This document shows, piece after piece, positions 26,501-41,098 of a DNA stretch of 64,000 nt. The stretch's first letter is position 1. Every line of letters begins with the position of its first letter. The stretch comes from Balanoglossus misakiensis (Eukaryota; Animalia; Hemichordata), in contig CM082579.2 of NCBI GenBank assembly GCA_040954595.2, forward strand, positions 2,534,345-2,598,344, in the 5' to 3' direction. The notes beneath the pieces are model-generated. The model did no database searches. It was not told the DNA's origin and saw only the letters and a program-made list of their open reading frames with translations. The position numbers and the translations under genes were made by a program.

Positions 26501-29500
26501 TCCCATGGGAATGTTTAAATATGCCAGATTAAACCTGCCAGACAATCACCTGTATGTGTTGTTAGGAATTCGACCACGTGCGCGCCAAAACATCAGCGAA
26601 CAATTATTCATGCCAAAGTAGTGAAACAATAAAACCAGTCGTGTTCACACTATAAACATTCCACGGCCATTTTTCAATAATCTGTTTTAACCGTTTCTTT
26701 TTCAACAGGCTTGTCACGACACAGTACTTTAAGCAGCGCGGCACGTCCAACCAAATCGCACAATTTTAAAACCCACCATTAACTAACCCCCTGGGATGAT
26801 TAATATCTTTTGAAGCATTACTTTGGCGTCTCCAACAGAACAAAATCATTGTAACTCCATCGTTTTCCAATACATGCAGTAATCTTCCTGTGGTTTGAAC
26901 CTATTATTCACCAGGAAGCCGCTGTTAACAGGGCGCCTGTCTAAGCCCAACCAATTCTGCCTAATTTATGACTTAATTATAATTAGGTTACCTAATGATT
27001 TTTTTTACATTTTGTCAATGGCTACTGTATTTTCGAAGAAGATTTCCGTAAGCTTCAATCTCACCAAATTATGATTTCAGTTGTTCAATAGCATGTTTTT
27101 CATTAACGTTCACCCATAAACGCAGTAAACGTTCAAAGAACCTCAGTCCACACATGTTCGACTTTGAATCAGACACATTGTTGATCTGAGCTGTGACGTT
27201 CAATGACGTATAAGCAACTGGCTGAGTATTTTAAATCTTCCTTTGGCATAATCAGTGACTTGTCTTTACTGATAAGAATTATTCAGGAGTGTCTATATCA
27301 CAGTCATCGTCTACCGCAGGATTGGCACTCTGTGACCCTACTTGAAACCTGAAATACACCGCCCTGAACAAGCAGGCTGTTAAGTCGCTCACTCGCGGGG
27401 AAATTTACTTTAAATTATTCTGTGTGGAACTTGGAACGTACTTAACGACAAAATAATGGTACTACAAGATGGTAACCCGGGCACTTAAATCCAGTTAGCA
27501 ATTGTGTAGGCCATGATTTACAGCGATGATTTACTGAACTTCACATTCACAGAATGTATAGCCTGACAGCTGGCGCCAAACAGGCCTTTGCTCGGAACAT
27601 AGGAATACAATTATACTGTATGGCGTGATATGACATCTCCAACATAGAGAGAAAGATGATTTCCACTTTATAGAAGACATTGTATCGTGAACACAACAGG
27701 ATGATTGATGCCTGCAGTAGTTATAGAAACGTAATCTATACTATATACCATTTGAGGACAGAGCTGGTATTTCTGTATTGTCCTCTGTCAATAAAGCTAT
27801 TATGCATGTCGTCTTCATGGCAAGGTCAAATTTGAAAAATACTACGAAAATGATTGATTAGATTTGTGTTTGCATCGTCGAATATGTATGCTTGGTGGTT
27901 ATGCGTCATCAATGGATACATATTGTTCATGGACACAGAAGAAAAACATAATGCTGCAAGATGACTCCATTAGGGGAATTGAACTAACGCAAAGGGGATG
28001 GTTGGGCCAATTGGACCTGTTATTTGTCTGATTATTGCTGCTTCCGTTGAAGTAATCAATGCGGCGCCAAATCGAACTTCACTTGGTGGAATAAATCTTG
28101 TGATATACCCCCCCCCCCCCCCACAAACACACACACACACCTGGAGATCAAACATTTCGATCGACGTATCAAAATCATGGTTATAGCTAAAATGTTCGGT
28201 GACCTACGATGCAATCTCTCTTTGCATCCTAGCGTCGCCATTCAATCTACCGTTGTTGATGTCCTTGTGTGGGAAAACCACATCAGCAGATAGAAGATCT
28301 TTGTTTATCTTCGGTTATATTAAAAACTTATACCCTAATGTCTTTCAATCTGGAGGGCAAAGGTCTGTTATAAAACTTGGCAAATTATTGCTCTTTGCTG
28401 TCCAAATTATGTTCGTTTATAGTTTCTTATCAGATGACGTGACGTCACATCAAGTCATTTTAGCCATTTCAGAAAGTTCAATACAAGATAACCCTGTACA
28501 GGAATAAGATGGCACATTATGAAATCTAAGCCACCAAATACGCCAGGCACTGCTGCAATGTTTGATCAATTGATTTGCTTTTCTTGTCAAATTTTGCTGA
28601 TCGTCTTCTGCATATCTTCATATGTTGTCTACTGTACTTATACCACGCCATTAGGCATCCAGACAAATCATTTGCATTGGCATGATTGATTCAAGTGAAA
28701 AGAAGCCCAGCATTTTTGACATTCTTTCCGTATACATGGAATATTGATGGCTTTGATCGCAATTAACGTGGATCCGGTTTAGGCGAACGATCGTCCGTGT
28801 GGTTTTCGTCTATTTCCCACAAAGCTGTGTCGCAATATAGTTTATGAATCAATATCCATCCAATCTTCTCTTCAAAGAGGAAGATTGTGTTTTCATACTA
28901 ATTGAAAATGTCTCCCAGATCATACGCAATGGTTCAGATTGAAAATGGTGATAACTTATTAAGTCGATCAAAAGCACCAGAATCTGCTTTGGGATTATGT
29001 GTCTTTTAAAAGCAGATTCCGTTGCATTGGCTTTCAATTTAAACGTAAGTGCGTTCATTTTGTCAGAGACTCTCTCAATGTGGGATGTCTCCACGACGCG
29101 TGATAAAATCAACACTCCATTATTGCATACACGGAGAAAACGTAAACCGCAAAACCGTGTTGGGATATTGCGTTTGGATGATCCGCAACCGAAAATATTT
29201 CCTTTCACGCTCTATAAGCGGACAACGGCAGATTCCTATACGCGGGAACAGCCATCGTAACGAACTTAATATTTTTTCTGAAGTGCATTGTTCGCGTCAT
29301 GCCTGGCGATGTTGCACTTCGACAATCAGTGACAACATGAATTGAGAACCCATCGACCTTTATCGAACTTCTGCCGGCTTTTGTTGTCTGATTGCAATCC
29401 AAGACTGCTTTGTTGGCCTCATGCCGTTCGTGGCCATTCATACCGTTGACTATTTATAAAACCACGTCCCAGAGCGAAAGAAAAAAACTTCTAATGATTT

Positions 29501-32299
29501 TATGACGGGCGACTGATAATGGATGCTTTTCTCTCGGAGCAGCTAATCTGTTCGGATTATTCGTGGATTTAGCTGAGAATGTTTACATCTCTGTTGGACA
29601 CATCCTCGCAATGGCTGGATTTGAAAGATGCTTTCTCGCGCCGGAGAAAGGTCTGTCTGGGTTGTGTAAAATTATAACTAGATTTTTCCTGATGAGTCTG
29701 GATATAAAATTATCAGTGAGAGCACTTCACTGAGCATTATTAAATATTACAAGGGCACTTCGACCAAGAAGACCACGCAGGGATCGTTTGCAATGCAAAT
29801 TTTCTTCTGAATCTGAGCAAGACGTTAGTAAGGCAGTTGACAGCCTGTGCGTAGTCGATGGGTGAGGGGTCTGAGTCAACCTATCAGAGTTACGCTTTAC
29901 ACTGTTTCCTCTATATTTGCCACATTTACTTGCTTATCACGAGATTATGTACATGTTATACTGTCCCTCTACCAAATTGCGAGAAATGAAGATTAGTCGT
30001 GCACATGTTCCATTATTTAAATCAACATGAACAATATGTCTGTCTGTTTGTTAAAGTCAAAGGACTCGCCTAGTCTTTGCACGACTCTTGTAAAAGATAG
30101 GCTGACTATTTTCAGAGACAATGAGAGCTATGTTATTTAACACAAAGCCATGGCATATTTCCATGAATAAGAAATGAACAGCCTTGATATATCAGAGATG
30201 GCTGTGAATTATGTATTATGTTTTGCACTTGGCCATATATAATTTATCCATTGGAGGTTTCGCTTGAGGATTAATGCTAAATCCTACCTCCCAAATGTGG
30301 AACTAAACAGATGTGAACTGAATATCTTCCCGCGTATGGACAAACTTTTGCCAGACAAATTTTTCAAATAAACATACCTTCAGCGTTATCATAAACAGCT
30401 ACCCTTGCCATCGGATGATACCGACCTTTGGATCTAAGAATGTTTGTGTACACTTGATAGATGTAATAGATTGCTATCATTATATATCACAAATCACAAC
30501 CTCATCCTGTATAGACATTATAAAGGGTTCGGATAAGGCATATGTCAGCTAATTGGATGTTGAGGAGATAACATGCGTTATGAGAAAGTAATCTGTAACA
30601 AGTACGGCTGGCTTCCAAGATACACGTACTACACGTACCTCAGTCCAAAAAAAAATGTAAACAACCGAGTTATGATAGTCAGCCTTCATATATGGCAGGT
30701 TTTTTAATTTCTATCTTCAGTCATGATATTTCTGTTAATACCGTCAACATAATTGTCACCGTGATATTAATTTGCTGTTTGCCCCCAGGATCTTTGAAGC
30801 CTCCTGTGGGCTCAAAAAGTTAAATCTCTCGTGATAAAATCCCATTACAGTTGTTTATATGTACACCACCATAACCATCAATAATATATTTCAATATTTT
30901 TATATATATATTGATTTTTATGTTGCATTACTCGAATGAATCCCACGAGGAAATTCTGACACGAGAAATTTACATGCTCATGTTTGCCCGGTCGCCACTG
31001 GTAACAACCTGTTTACATTGGATGTATATGGTCTAATGTCTGCGGGGAGATATGACTTATTCGTATAAGTTCATGTTGTGTGATGTTACTGTTTCGAAGA
31101 AACGACCTTGTAAACTGCTTTATACAAGGGCGTGGATGGCATCACGTCGTCTTTTTTGTTCCGACGAATATCAAGGAACAAAAACGCCACATGATTTTTG
31201 TAAAATGTACAGGATTTGAACAGTTCGCGTATACAACGCAACAGTCGACAGAAAGTAACGTTCAATACAAATCTTGTCCGAAATTCTTCAGATTGAATTT
31301 TCGAGACAACAGAGGTCTCATAAACTGTCAGGAGTAGTCACGATCCAAGGATATGCTTTGCTAAGCACATCGGGTAACAAGACATGAAAATCGCAAAAAA
31401 GTCTTTGAACAGGAAGTTAAGAGGTTCGGTTACTAGGAAGAGAAAGGGTTCATTAACTGCGAAAAAGCTATAAATATCGCCCGCGGTCTGTCTCCATACA
31501 CTTCAATACCGTATGCTAGTGTTAACAATAATCAGCCGAGCGCGTCTAATCCTGCCCACGAACCAACTTGCCTTATGGCACCTTCGGGAGCTACCCGCGA
31601 GAGATACACACATTGAAACATAAGATTTTCACGATTTCGACAATATCGCAGATCCGCGCGCAAAATATCCTTGTTTATCCATGATATAATTTGACAGCTG
31701 GTGCCCAGTAGACTACACACCATCTTTGGATAGCCAAAAATAACTGCATTATCTCGAAAAATAAAAGTTGGTGTATGCACGTCATGTGGAATAATGGAAA
31801 ATTTAACACGAATGGATATTCCCCCATGCCTTCGAGTTTCAGAGTGGCAAGGACGATTTTTATGCTGAAAACGACGGACTCTATAAGATTACTCGGTTCC
31901 ACAGTTAGAGAAGAAGTAACGATAACCAGTGATATCTTTAGGTGTTCAACGTTGATTTCATAAATGGTCAGGTGGACATCGTGTCGCTTAATTGGACTCC
32001 TACGTGTATTCTAACTTTTGCCAGACTAATTTTTCAGTTGCTTAATTGATTCAGTACACACTTCAGAGACGTTTCTACTATACGAGAATCACGCATCACA
32101 CATTACTCAACCGACGATAAATTGAAAGCCTGATATATGGTTCCCATAGGATTCTTGTAGCAATGTTTTCCTCCATTAGGTAACATGTCTATGTCATGAT
32201 AACTATACATCTTATTTGTTTTTGCGTCCTATAGTTGAGTGATTGACAAATCCATTCATTCATTCGTTTGTTCATTTATTCGTTCTTTCTTCAGTTGGT

Positions 32300-32393
32300 T
32301 GTATACTTGGTTGACTAATTGGGTTGTTGGTCTAGGTTGGTTGGTTGGTTGGTTGGTTGGTTGGTTGGTTGGTTGGTTGGTTGGTGGGTGGGT
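32300..32393 (+). repeat. (GGTT)n microsatellite with degenerate flank
   Basis: About 12 perfect GGTT units at ~32335-32384. A degenerate GGTT/GGCT tract also occurs at ~34697-34755. Confidence 0.95.
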
Positions 32394-35300
32394 GAATGTG
32401 AGTCGAATGAACAGAAAAGTCTGAACTCACACTTAAACTGGGTTTCTGTAGCTTTGTAAGTCTATTCTACGGACCTGTAATATTGATGTCGAGTCGTTAG
32501 TTGACTTCGGCACGACACAGTCTCAACACACTATCAAGCGTCTAATGGGATTGATTGTGAAATAGCGATGCGATGCAGATAGGCCTATTTCCCAGAGCAC
32601 GATCTCCACGATCCTGTTCGCCACATTTCACAAGTGCGTGAAGTTGATGTCGTTCAACATGATTAGGCGATTATACTGTCACGAATGCCATGAAATGAAA
32701 AACTGGTCGTGTACTTTGAAAGTACATGTTCATGCACACCGCGGCGTTGAAACCACACAGAACATGATTCGAGTCCTTGTGGGAGCGAAGGTCAATGTTC
32801 ATATTTTATCTCAAGTGCATGAAAGATTTGTTTCCTCTGAAATCTGCATGTTCAACTGTTTGCCATATGATAGATAAATACAACAGACTTCGTGGACTGC
32901 TGTCTGCTCACACAAGCCACACCTTCCCATCTTTAACTTTTCGCCAGACCTTCAGCATTTTACGACAGTCCATTTCAGTCTTAGAATTCAGTGCAGAACG
33001 TCAATTTTGGCGCTCTCGTGAATGCAGATTACCCAAGCTGTGTTATAAAACGTGCACCAAGAGTTTTTTTTTCTTCCTTGGCATTTAATCAATAGAGCTC
33101 AGTCATCCGTAAAGAGTTAATGCTTTTATTTTGTTATCTAATGATGTAACCCAGACAGCAATAAATTTTCCAAGAGACAATTATATACATACCCTGTGAT
33201 ACTTTGCACAGCGCTTATGAATTCTTTGAGAGACGGACTGCCTCATTTGGATTGTTAGACAAAGACAAATTCAGTTCGTTAGATGGGTTATAGAAGAAAA
33301 GGCAAATGGCTTTGTTGACATGTAGCGAAGTCTAAAATCATCTTCTAACTCTCTACAGGTGGAGAGACAGCTATTATTGGGGATCTTTTACGCTTCAGTG
33401 AACTTATAGCTTAGCCGACTGGATGCATGTTCCATTATTTACCGGTGGTACTTTATCCTCGCGTGTCATAAACATTATAAATTTGCCCGAGATTTGTTTC
33501 GCTCCCTCGTTACCAACTCGAACATAATGAGAATATAGGCAGTATGCTCCAGATCACTGTCTGTGCATTCCTGCCTCTCAGTGAACTGTACTCAGTGTTA
33601 CTTGCGTAGACGAATCATTGCCAACAGGTTTCGCAAATTTCGTTAGGGAAAAACAATCAAAATGTATATGTGGTAAATATCTAAGTTGGCAGGCAAACGT
33701 TTATCTTCTTGTCTTTCAACCTCTACGCACTGTGCCCCGCAATAACTTGTACTATACACTTGCGAATAAAGTGCAATATTCTCTCGTCGCAAAGAATATG
33801 TTCGAGTGAAAATTTATGATTATGAGGAAGCGCTTGTATAAATCATCGCTAAGTGGCAATGATTAACAATTGCTGTACACGTTGCACATCAATCTCGACT
33901 GGCTCTGATGGCAAAAAGGAATAAAACTGAAATGTTTGAATTATCTAGGAGGTGTTTGTCACTACTAATATAAAGGGTAGTCCCAGGGGTGTGTTAGACG
34001 TGGACTGTGCTTATTAATTTTCCTTCTGCCCAGGGTTATCAGTTGCAAACAGCGTAATGCGATTATACTAGAGGTGTATTAAGGGCGTTGTTATGATCTG
34101 CTCTGGGCAGTCATTTCCAGATTTCCACTTAGTCCCTGTGTAGTACTTTGCCATTGCCACCTCAGTGACATTTAAGGCAAGTATTGTTGTATCTTTGATC
34201 TTTGTTTCGCCGTAGTTCGCTATATCAGCTGCAAGTTCTTGTTGTACTTTTAAAGGAAGTCGGAATTTAATTGTCCATAACCCCGATAAATAGTGGTGGT
34301 TATAAGAGGTTGAATTGTAGAATGTGACTATTAGAAATATTAATTACCGTGCGTCAAAGGGGACAGTTGTACAGAGTGGGTATACTTCAAGTGCTGTTGT
34401 GCAGCCATCCAATGCGGAAAGTCCGCCATTGTACCAACTGAAATGGTAATGGTGGACAGGATGCACATATATAAACACGGAAGCCCTCTAGGCTTGCATT
34501 AACTTTCACCGGGATATGCGGAGATGAGTAATGCTTCCAAGGTTCGGGGGGAAACTTGGATCGACTGGGATTAAACTTCGAAAATCACTCTACTCAAAGT
34601 TTTACATTATTAACATTTAACTAACGAGGCCTGGACATGATGCCGAGGGTAGTAATCTCAACTAATAGGGTTTGCTGTCGCTTCATTCTTTGTATGCGGT
34701 TGGTTGGCTGGATGGCCGGTTGGTTAACTGGCTGGTCAGTTGGTTGGTCAGTTGGATAGTATACTTATATCTCGGATTACATCACGAAGAGTTACCATGG
34801 GTCCAATGTTTACTTTTTCAACATGTCATTCAGCAAATATCTGAAAATAAAAATCCATCCTATGTGAGATAGGAAATTCCCTGAAGATACTCCTTACACG
34901 TTGGTCGTCTGGCGTGACTTCAGATCAACCATGATAAAACAAAAGTCGTTTGTTTTGGCCCTATCTACCCACTCAAAGGAGAATTTATCGTGGATCGATT
35001 AACCTTTCACAGCGATTCCAATGCGATACTTGAACAGCTTGAAGATCTTAATAATCACGAAAAACAGTAAACGATAAGAAGTTCACAGGTTAAAGAGGTG
35101 GCGTGTCTTCTTTGGAAGAAGCTATTGTCTGTAGTGGGGAGAATTGCAAGCCAAAAAAACAGCGGTTTCATCGCGATTTCTTCACGTTTTCTCAGCTTAA
35201 CCTCCGATGCCTGACGAAAATGTCAGCCAAATATCAAATTGCGATGTGCTTTGGTGATGTTTATGGTACATGTAGTATTAATGATATAGCCATCATACAG

Positions 35301-37914
35301 TCTGCATTTGACAAGTCAGATACGGCCGCAATTAATTCCGGGGCAATCGATAACTCGGAAATGTAGACATACGTATAATGGCATCGCAGGGGACCTGGAA
35401 AGCTCTCAGCGAGAAAAAAAGCTCATCTATGAATATATGCATTGACAACATTTCAATTGGTGTATTATTGATCATCCGGCTTCCCTCTCTTGCTTATAAG
35501 CATTAAACACTGCTGAGATAACGAACTGCATGCTTTGCAGTAAATAATTCAAATGAAACGGAGGCATATAATAAACTTTTTTTTTTTCAAGACGAACACG
35601 ACAATGGACTGAGCGGACATATACATTGTGGATTATCTACTTAAATGACATCTCAGACTACCAAATCTATTAGTGAGGTTTACGGAAGTATATGCATTTT
35701 GCAGTACATAAGTATAGACCGTGGCAATCTTACTATACTGTTCTATATAGTTCTTCATCATAGTAATGGCCACGATGAAAGACAGACAGAGTAATGGTTG
35801 CGCTTTCCTGACGTTACACTGGGCGAGGGAACTCATCGCAAAGTCCACCCCGAGGTGACATCTTAATGTTGACGCATACACCAGCCGCGGGACCCAAAAT
35901 GTACTCAAAGCTTCACAGGTAGACTTTTACTGGCAGTCGCAATTCACAGGTTGTGATGGTCGTGTTTGGATCATGCAAAACGCATTATGGGTGTGGCTCT
36001 CTAAACTTCAAAAATTCAACAGGGGAAGAGGATTATGGATTGTATTATCCTTTTATGGTTGTACTTTCGGTGTATGTTGAAGAGTTGTCAAGTTAACTCG
36101 AATGTGTAGGAAAATGGCGGGTAACCGCCAACGAAAACGGATTTCTAAATGAGGTCTGTCGATGCTCGCAGCTAAGACGATCTTCTTATCGTTAATGGAG
36201 AGACGGGAAAAGGTACAGCCAGGGGGATACGCCCACAGAAAGGAGTTCAAGTGTGTACCGATTGGATGGGCCACTTTTTCATTAAAAAGCCGTAAACATG
36301 CTCCACAACCTCGAAGGACGGAACAAAGTTTCGGTAACCGTAATACACAATACGGAAAGACACTGCCGGTAAACTTTGTTAACCTACATTACCTGAAAAT
36401 TGACAATGTCTGCAAAATTCCCTCGGGATGAGTGTCAAATGGCAGATATACAACAAGAAACTCGAACATTCACTCAGCAAAGTCTTTGAAACATAATGTT
36501 TTACCTGGTTTATTTTATAATTTAAGAGAAAGGTTATTTCGGGTTTCGTGTACTTTATCTAGGTTGTTTCCCGTATAGCATTCCACGTAAACCTCCGATG
36601 GTGCTTCTGTCACGGTCTCTCCATTTTGTTTACTTTGTCGCAAAACACGTTTGCAGTTCCGTCTCTTTAAAGCTATCTTGTCTTTACGGGTGCAGTTTTT
36701 TTAATTTCTTACGCGTGCTTTAGCCTTGGGGTTTAACGACTTTGTCGTAAAACGCATGGCGAGCGTACAGAGTCTTAAGCTTCAAATCCCGCACTCAGTT
36801 GTAATGGCGATGTTCTCCTTGGAAGTCAATTCTCGCGAGATCTCGCAGGTTGTATAAAGACTATCCGAGACTGTGCAAATCTAGAAACTAGTTGACAATT
36901 TTGGTTGCGGAAAGCATATCGAGCCCTTTGCCCTCTGTGGATGCTCTGGCTTGCTATATTACGCATGCAGCTCAACAAGTTCGAATGTCATGTTTTTTTC
37001 TTTTCTTAATCGTCAACTTGCGTCGTCGTCATGTCTGACACCAAACACCTTTTGCATGCTCGACTAGTCCGACAATTTGAAGACGATAAATTAAATTCCG
37101 TTTAGCGGGATTGCCACTATTGAGGCATTCGATTGCTCTCAGCGCTACATATACCTAGAACTCAAAACCCTCTTTTATGAGGAAACTAGATTCTGAACGA
37201 CACACTTTCGATGGCAGAGGTTACAAGTGCTACCCCTGTGCCATCTTGACTGTAAAACAAGTATCGTTTATGTCGTTTGCCTTCAAGAAAGTGTCACGTT
37301 GTCAGTTGTCACAGAAGTAGCTTGATTCTTAATGTGTGTATATATATAAAGGGTACTGTATACCTTAAGTAAAGAAACTATAGCAGCAACGGCATGAACA
37401 CACACACATTTGATACATCTGCTATAGACGATAAAACGTGATAAATTAAGGAGATAAAGGATGTCTTATCGGTTGTTAACGCCTTCGGAGCAATAAAGTT
37501 TTTACGTTTCGTTGTCGACAGTAACTTTCTTGTCGGTCAAATCAATGCCACCTGCTTTTAGCTTTGTAATGACCTTGGAGATATCCGTGATCTCTCTCAC
37601 GCAAACCATGCATGATGGCATCTCGGTGTCAAGACACTAACTTCCAGTTTTTCATCGATTCAAAGCCGTCGTTTCGCATGTTACGAACTCCCTAATGGTT
37701 TAGTCATGGGTTGTACTGTCCAGACTAAAACCATTTTTCCAGATGTTGTTCCCACCATGCCCCGGAAAGTAATACTTGCAATACCCGCCGATGGTGGCGA
37801 CATTAAAAAATCCAAAACAGAACTGGGATGCAAAAAAAGCATGGACTTGGGTGCCGGACATGTTTTGTGAGCAGTATCACCAGAATTTAAAATATGTATT
37901 TTGGAGTTAAGCAC

Positions 37915-37923
37915 AAAAAAAAA
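37915..37923 (-). terminator. RNA polymerase III oligo-T terminator of tRNA-Val
   Basis: Run of 9 T on the minus strand starting about 12 nt downstream of the tRNA 3' end. Confidence 0.85.
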
Positions 37924-37934
37924 TGAAGTTTATT

Positions 37935-38007
37935 TGTTTCCGCCCGGGCTCGAACCGGGGACCTTTCGCGTGTTAGGCGAACGTGATAACCGCTACACTA
38001 CGGAAAC
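37935..38007 (-). tRNA. tRNA-Val, anticodon AAC
   Basis: Minus strand: GTTTCCGTAGTGTAGCGGTTATCACGTTCGCCTAACACGCGAAAGGTCCCCGGTTCGAGCCCGGGCGGAAACA (73 nt). Acceptor stem, D arm, anticodon arm (TTCGC/GCGAA, loop CT-AAC-AC) and T arm (GTTCGA) are intact. No intron. Confidence 0.98.
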
Positions 38008-41000
38008 GATATGCTTTTCGCTTGAAAAGTTAGAGTTTGATAATAAAAATATGTTTTAAGATAACGTGAACGCATGAGGTTTGCCCAACGTGGAATCGGG
38101 ACAGACGAATGTTTATCCTCGAAAGATATGACGATACGACGGCTCAAAGTCCATCGATATTTTGATTGTGGTTCAGAGGCGTCGAAGCCACTTTACAAAG
38201 CAGTTAAGGATTTGTTACCACGTGTTTTCCACCTAAAAATCACCAAAAGTACATCAGAGGAGATGAGAAACACTAGAGAACCGCCTAACTTCATCACACA
38301 ATAACTAAATAGCATTAATAACCACCCGCATTGGGAGTCGATGACGTCATTCCGGCGTGACATCATGGGTGACAGTAACCGAACCCTGTGTTCTTTCAGT
38401 AAAACGCTCAAAATTAAAAGGTAAGGTATGATTAACTTCATAACAAATTCCTGGTGTATGGCACACGGGAGTGTTACAATCATATTGAAATTCCACTTTA
38501 CTATTTTGTCGGAGAACTCAGAAGCGTTTCGAAAAATTGCATCTCTTTTTTCCGCGTCCTTCAAATAGTCATGTCACTAGCTCTACCGGGTAATTGAATT
38601 CTATTTCGGTATACGCAAATGCAACAGCGATGCCGTGCCCGCATTTTGCGATATGCAGAATAAAGCGCTGTGCGGGACCCTAAATGGGACGCTAATTAAT
38701 GACGACGTCATTCAGGCAAAATATAACGGGGTGTCAACAGCTTGATAGCCATTTATTGTCTGGTCTCAATCGCAACAAGTTTTCGCGTCGTGAATTACAT
38801 CGGACCACACTGCGGACGACAACTCCGATGGGATGCATGCCTTGCAAGTTATTGGTTATGAATAATTTCACAGGCAGGAGAACCGAAATTTACTATATTC
38901 AAAGGTATGGTAGTGTTATTTTGGTGTATTTGTCCCGACTCATCAGAGCAACAACCCTTTCGAATTCGCTATTTATATCGGAAACACGTCCGTCAAATAC
39001 CCCGGGATGCTACGTTCACAGTCACACCATAGCCTGACTGCATGCATGCATGCATGGTCACATAAGTGAACCGGCCAAATTCACTCATATTTCAAATCCC
39101 CGCAATCGTATTTTCATCTACTGTACATGCATTTATATCTTCTTGCACTTAATCACGACAGGTGTTAATTGATTGAGAGTGACAGGACATATGTTAGATT
39201 AATAGGATTACAACGCGTGCGACACCAAATTTAGAGCTATTGGAAACATTTGGTGTTATGATACTTGCAATGAAGTGACCGTACATAGGGCTTCCAGGAC
39301 AAGTGTAATGAACTCGTGAACACTACAGTATGTTGGTGTGGGTAACGGGTCACATTTTAATGACTCGCTGTTTTTAAACATTTTATTATGAAACTGTCTC
39401 TCATGATAATTCCCAGTCGCCATTCTGCGTGCCGTAATGATGTATGCCAAAACCAAATTTCAAAACACAATTTGTTACGTAAACAGGCATGCATATAAAA
39501 AATAATACATGCAAATATTGGGACTCGCTATTATCATCTCCCTTTGTAAATGACATGCTACTGTACATGTCGAGAGCTGCCATTTTGGACATCGTATGAT
39601 CTGACATAAATAAACTTTAAATAGCATGCACGTACAGAGCAGGTACGGAGCTGTGTGGGTGGCGCAGCTCTATAGCCGCCATGTTAACTTTCTCGGGGGG
39701 AATATTTCAATACTGCCAGCACCCATCATGTTACCCTGCAAACTTCATTTTTTACATTGAAGCGAAAATCACTGTTGGTTTCTGCCTCTTGACTCAAGTA
39801 CTTGGTTTGCTCTACTTCCATAAATTACATTAGCCGTACAATCAACAGGTGGTTGTGAATTGGTAGTGACGCAACCACCATTTCTACAAGTAGGTCACGT
39901 TTGAGTAAACCAGGTGATCATGTGTGGACATTGTGAAGAAAGTCATACATATTCATAACCATTGAAGTATTTAATTTATTCTTTTACACGAGTTTGAAAT
40001 CACGCCACTTTTTTACATTGCTCATAATTATTATAAAAACATTATTACGACATGGCGCTGTATTATGTGTAGCAACATGCATATAGCGTCAATATGATAT
40101 GAGAACCGGTGAGACCCAGATCGTGCACCTTTCCATTGTCTAATGCACTTTCGATTTTCCTTATTAGTTGAAATCATAGGATATCAGACAGAACTGAGCT
40201 GTTCGACGGAAGGACTACACCCGGCAAGACGATTCTGCCAAAATTTGCCATTTTTTTCGAACGCGAAGAAGATCGCCGTCAACCTATTTGCCTCGCTGAA
40301 CTCTGGCCCTCTCAAACTATGCCGAATCATCACCATTCGACATTGCGCCATTGGGGTAACCCAATACGTGGGACTATAATGGAATACATGTAAGGGGTGC
40401 TGGGTGTATGCAACTTTTTCTGTGTTAATTTATTGTGCATGTGACTTCCGCCATGTAATGAGGTCATAATTGGCTGTGATTGGGTTTGAAAGTGCATGGC
40501 TCAGTGCAATATGTCTGTTCAAAAATTTATGAAGAGTATAAGACTCGTGTGTACCTGATTTTACTGCTGTGGTACAGTGTGGTAAGCAATGAGAAACTTT
40601 GATTTAGTGCAGTGAATTGTGGATGATTTATGATTATTTGTCTGTTTTGTTTGTTGTTTCTGTCTTTGGTTTGGTTTGTTTTTTGCTGTTTATCTCTGTT
40701 CGTGTTGTTTTATTGTGATAGTTCCCTCCACTGTTCTTTCGCCTCCGCATTTTCGAGCACAACAAATCTGCCTTGTATCTTTGGCCAGGAAACATCACTA
40801 GGGTTTAAGATGTCACGGACTTTCATGCAAGCGCAAACAATAGCATCCGCTTTACTTCTAAATGCATCTTTTCACTTCGTGCCATGCTTGGTCATGATCT
40901 ATTCGATGGGTTAGATGAACACGCTCTTTGACCTAACCTTGTTCCGTTAAGGTTAAAACAGCACCACGACAACAAAGCTATTGACCACATCGCTAAATCC

Positions 41001-41098
41001 GTCCCTTTGTGATCCACTCAGGTGATTGGGATAGTCACGTCCCAGTCATAGGCACTAAACAACCTCGCACCCTGTGTCCGCACCTGTGTTCGCTATAA

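Noticed and set aside
37683-37910. Plus-frame peptide NPKQNWDAKKAWTWVPD resembling a myosin heavy-chain N-terminus
   Set aside because: Very short similarity, an in-frame stop nearby, no splice context and no further myosin exons; likely chance.
38926-38946. Hammerhead-like CTGATGAGTCGGGACAAATAC on the minus strand
   Set aside because: Lacks the G of the GAAA core after stem II, the loop would be 2 nt, and there are no supporting stems I or III.
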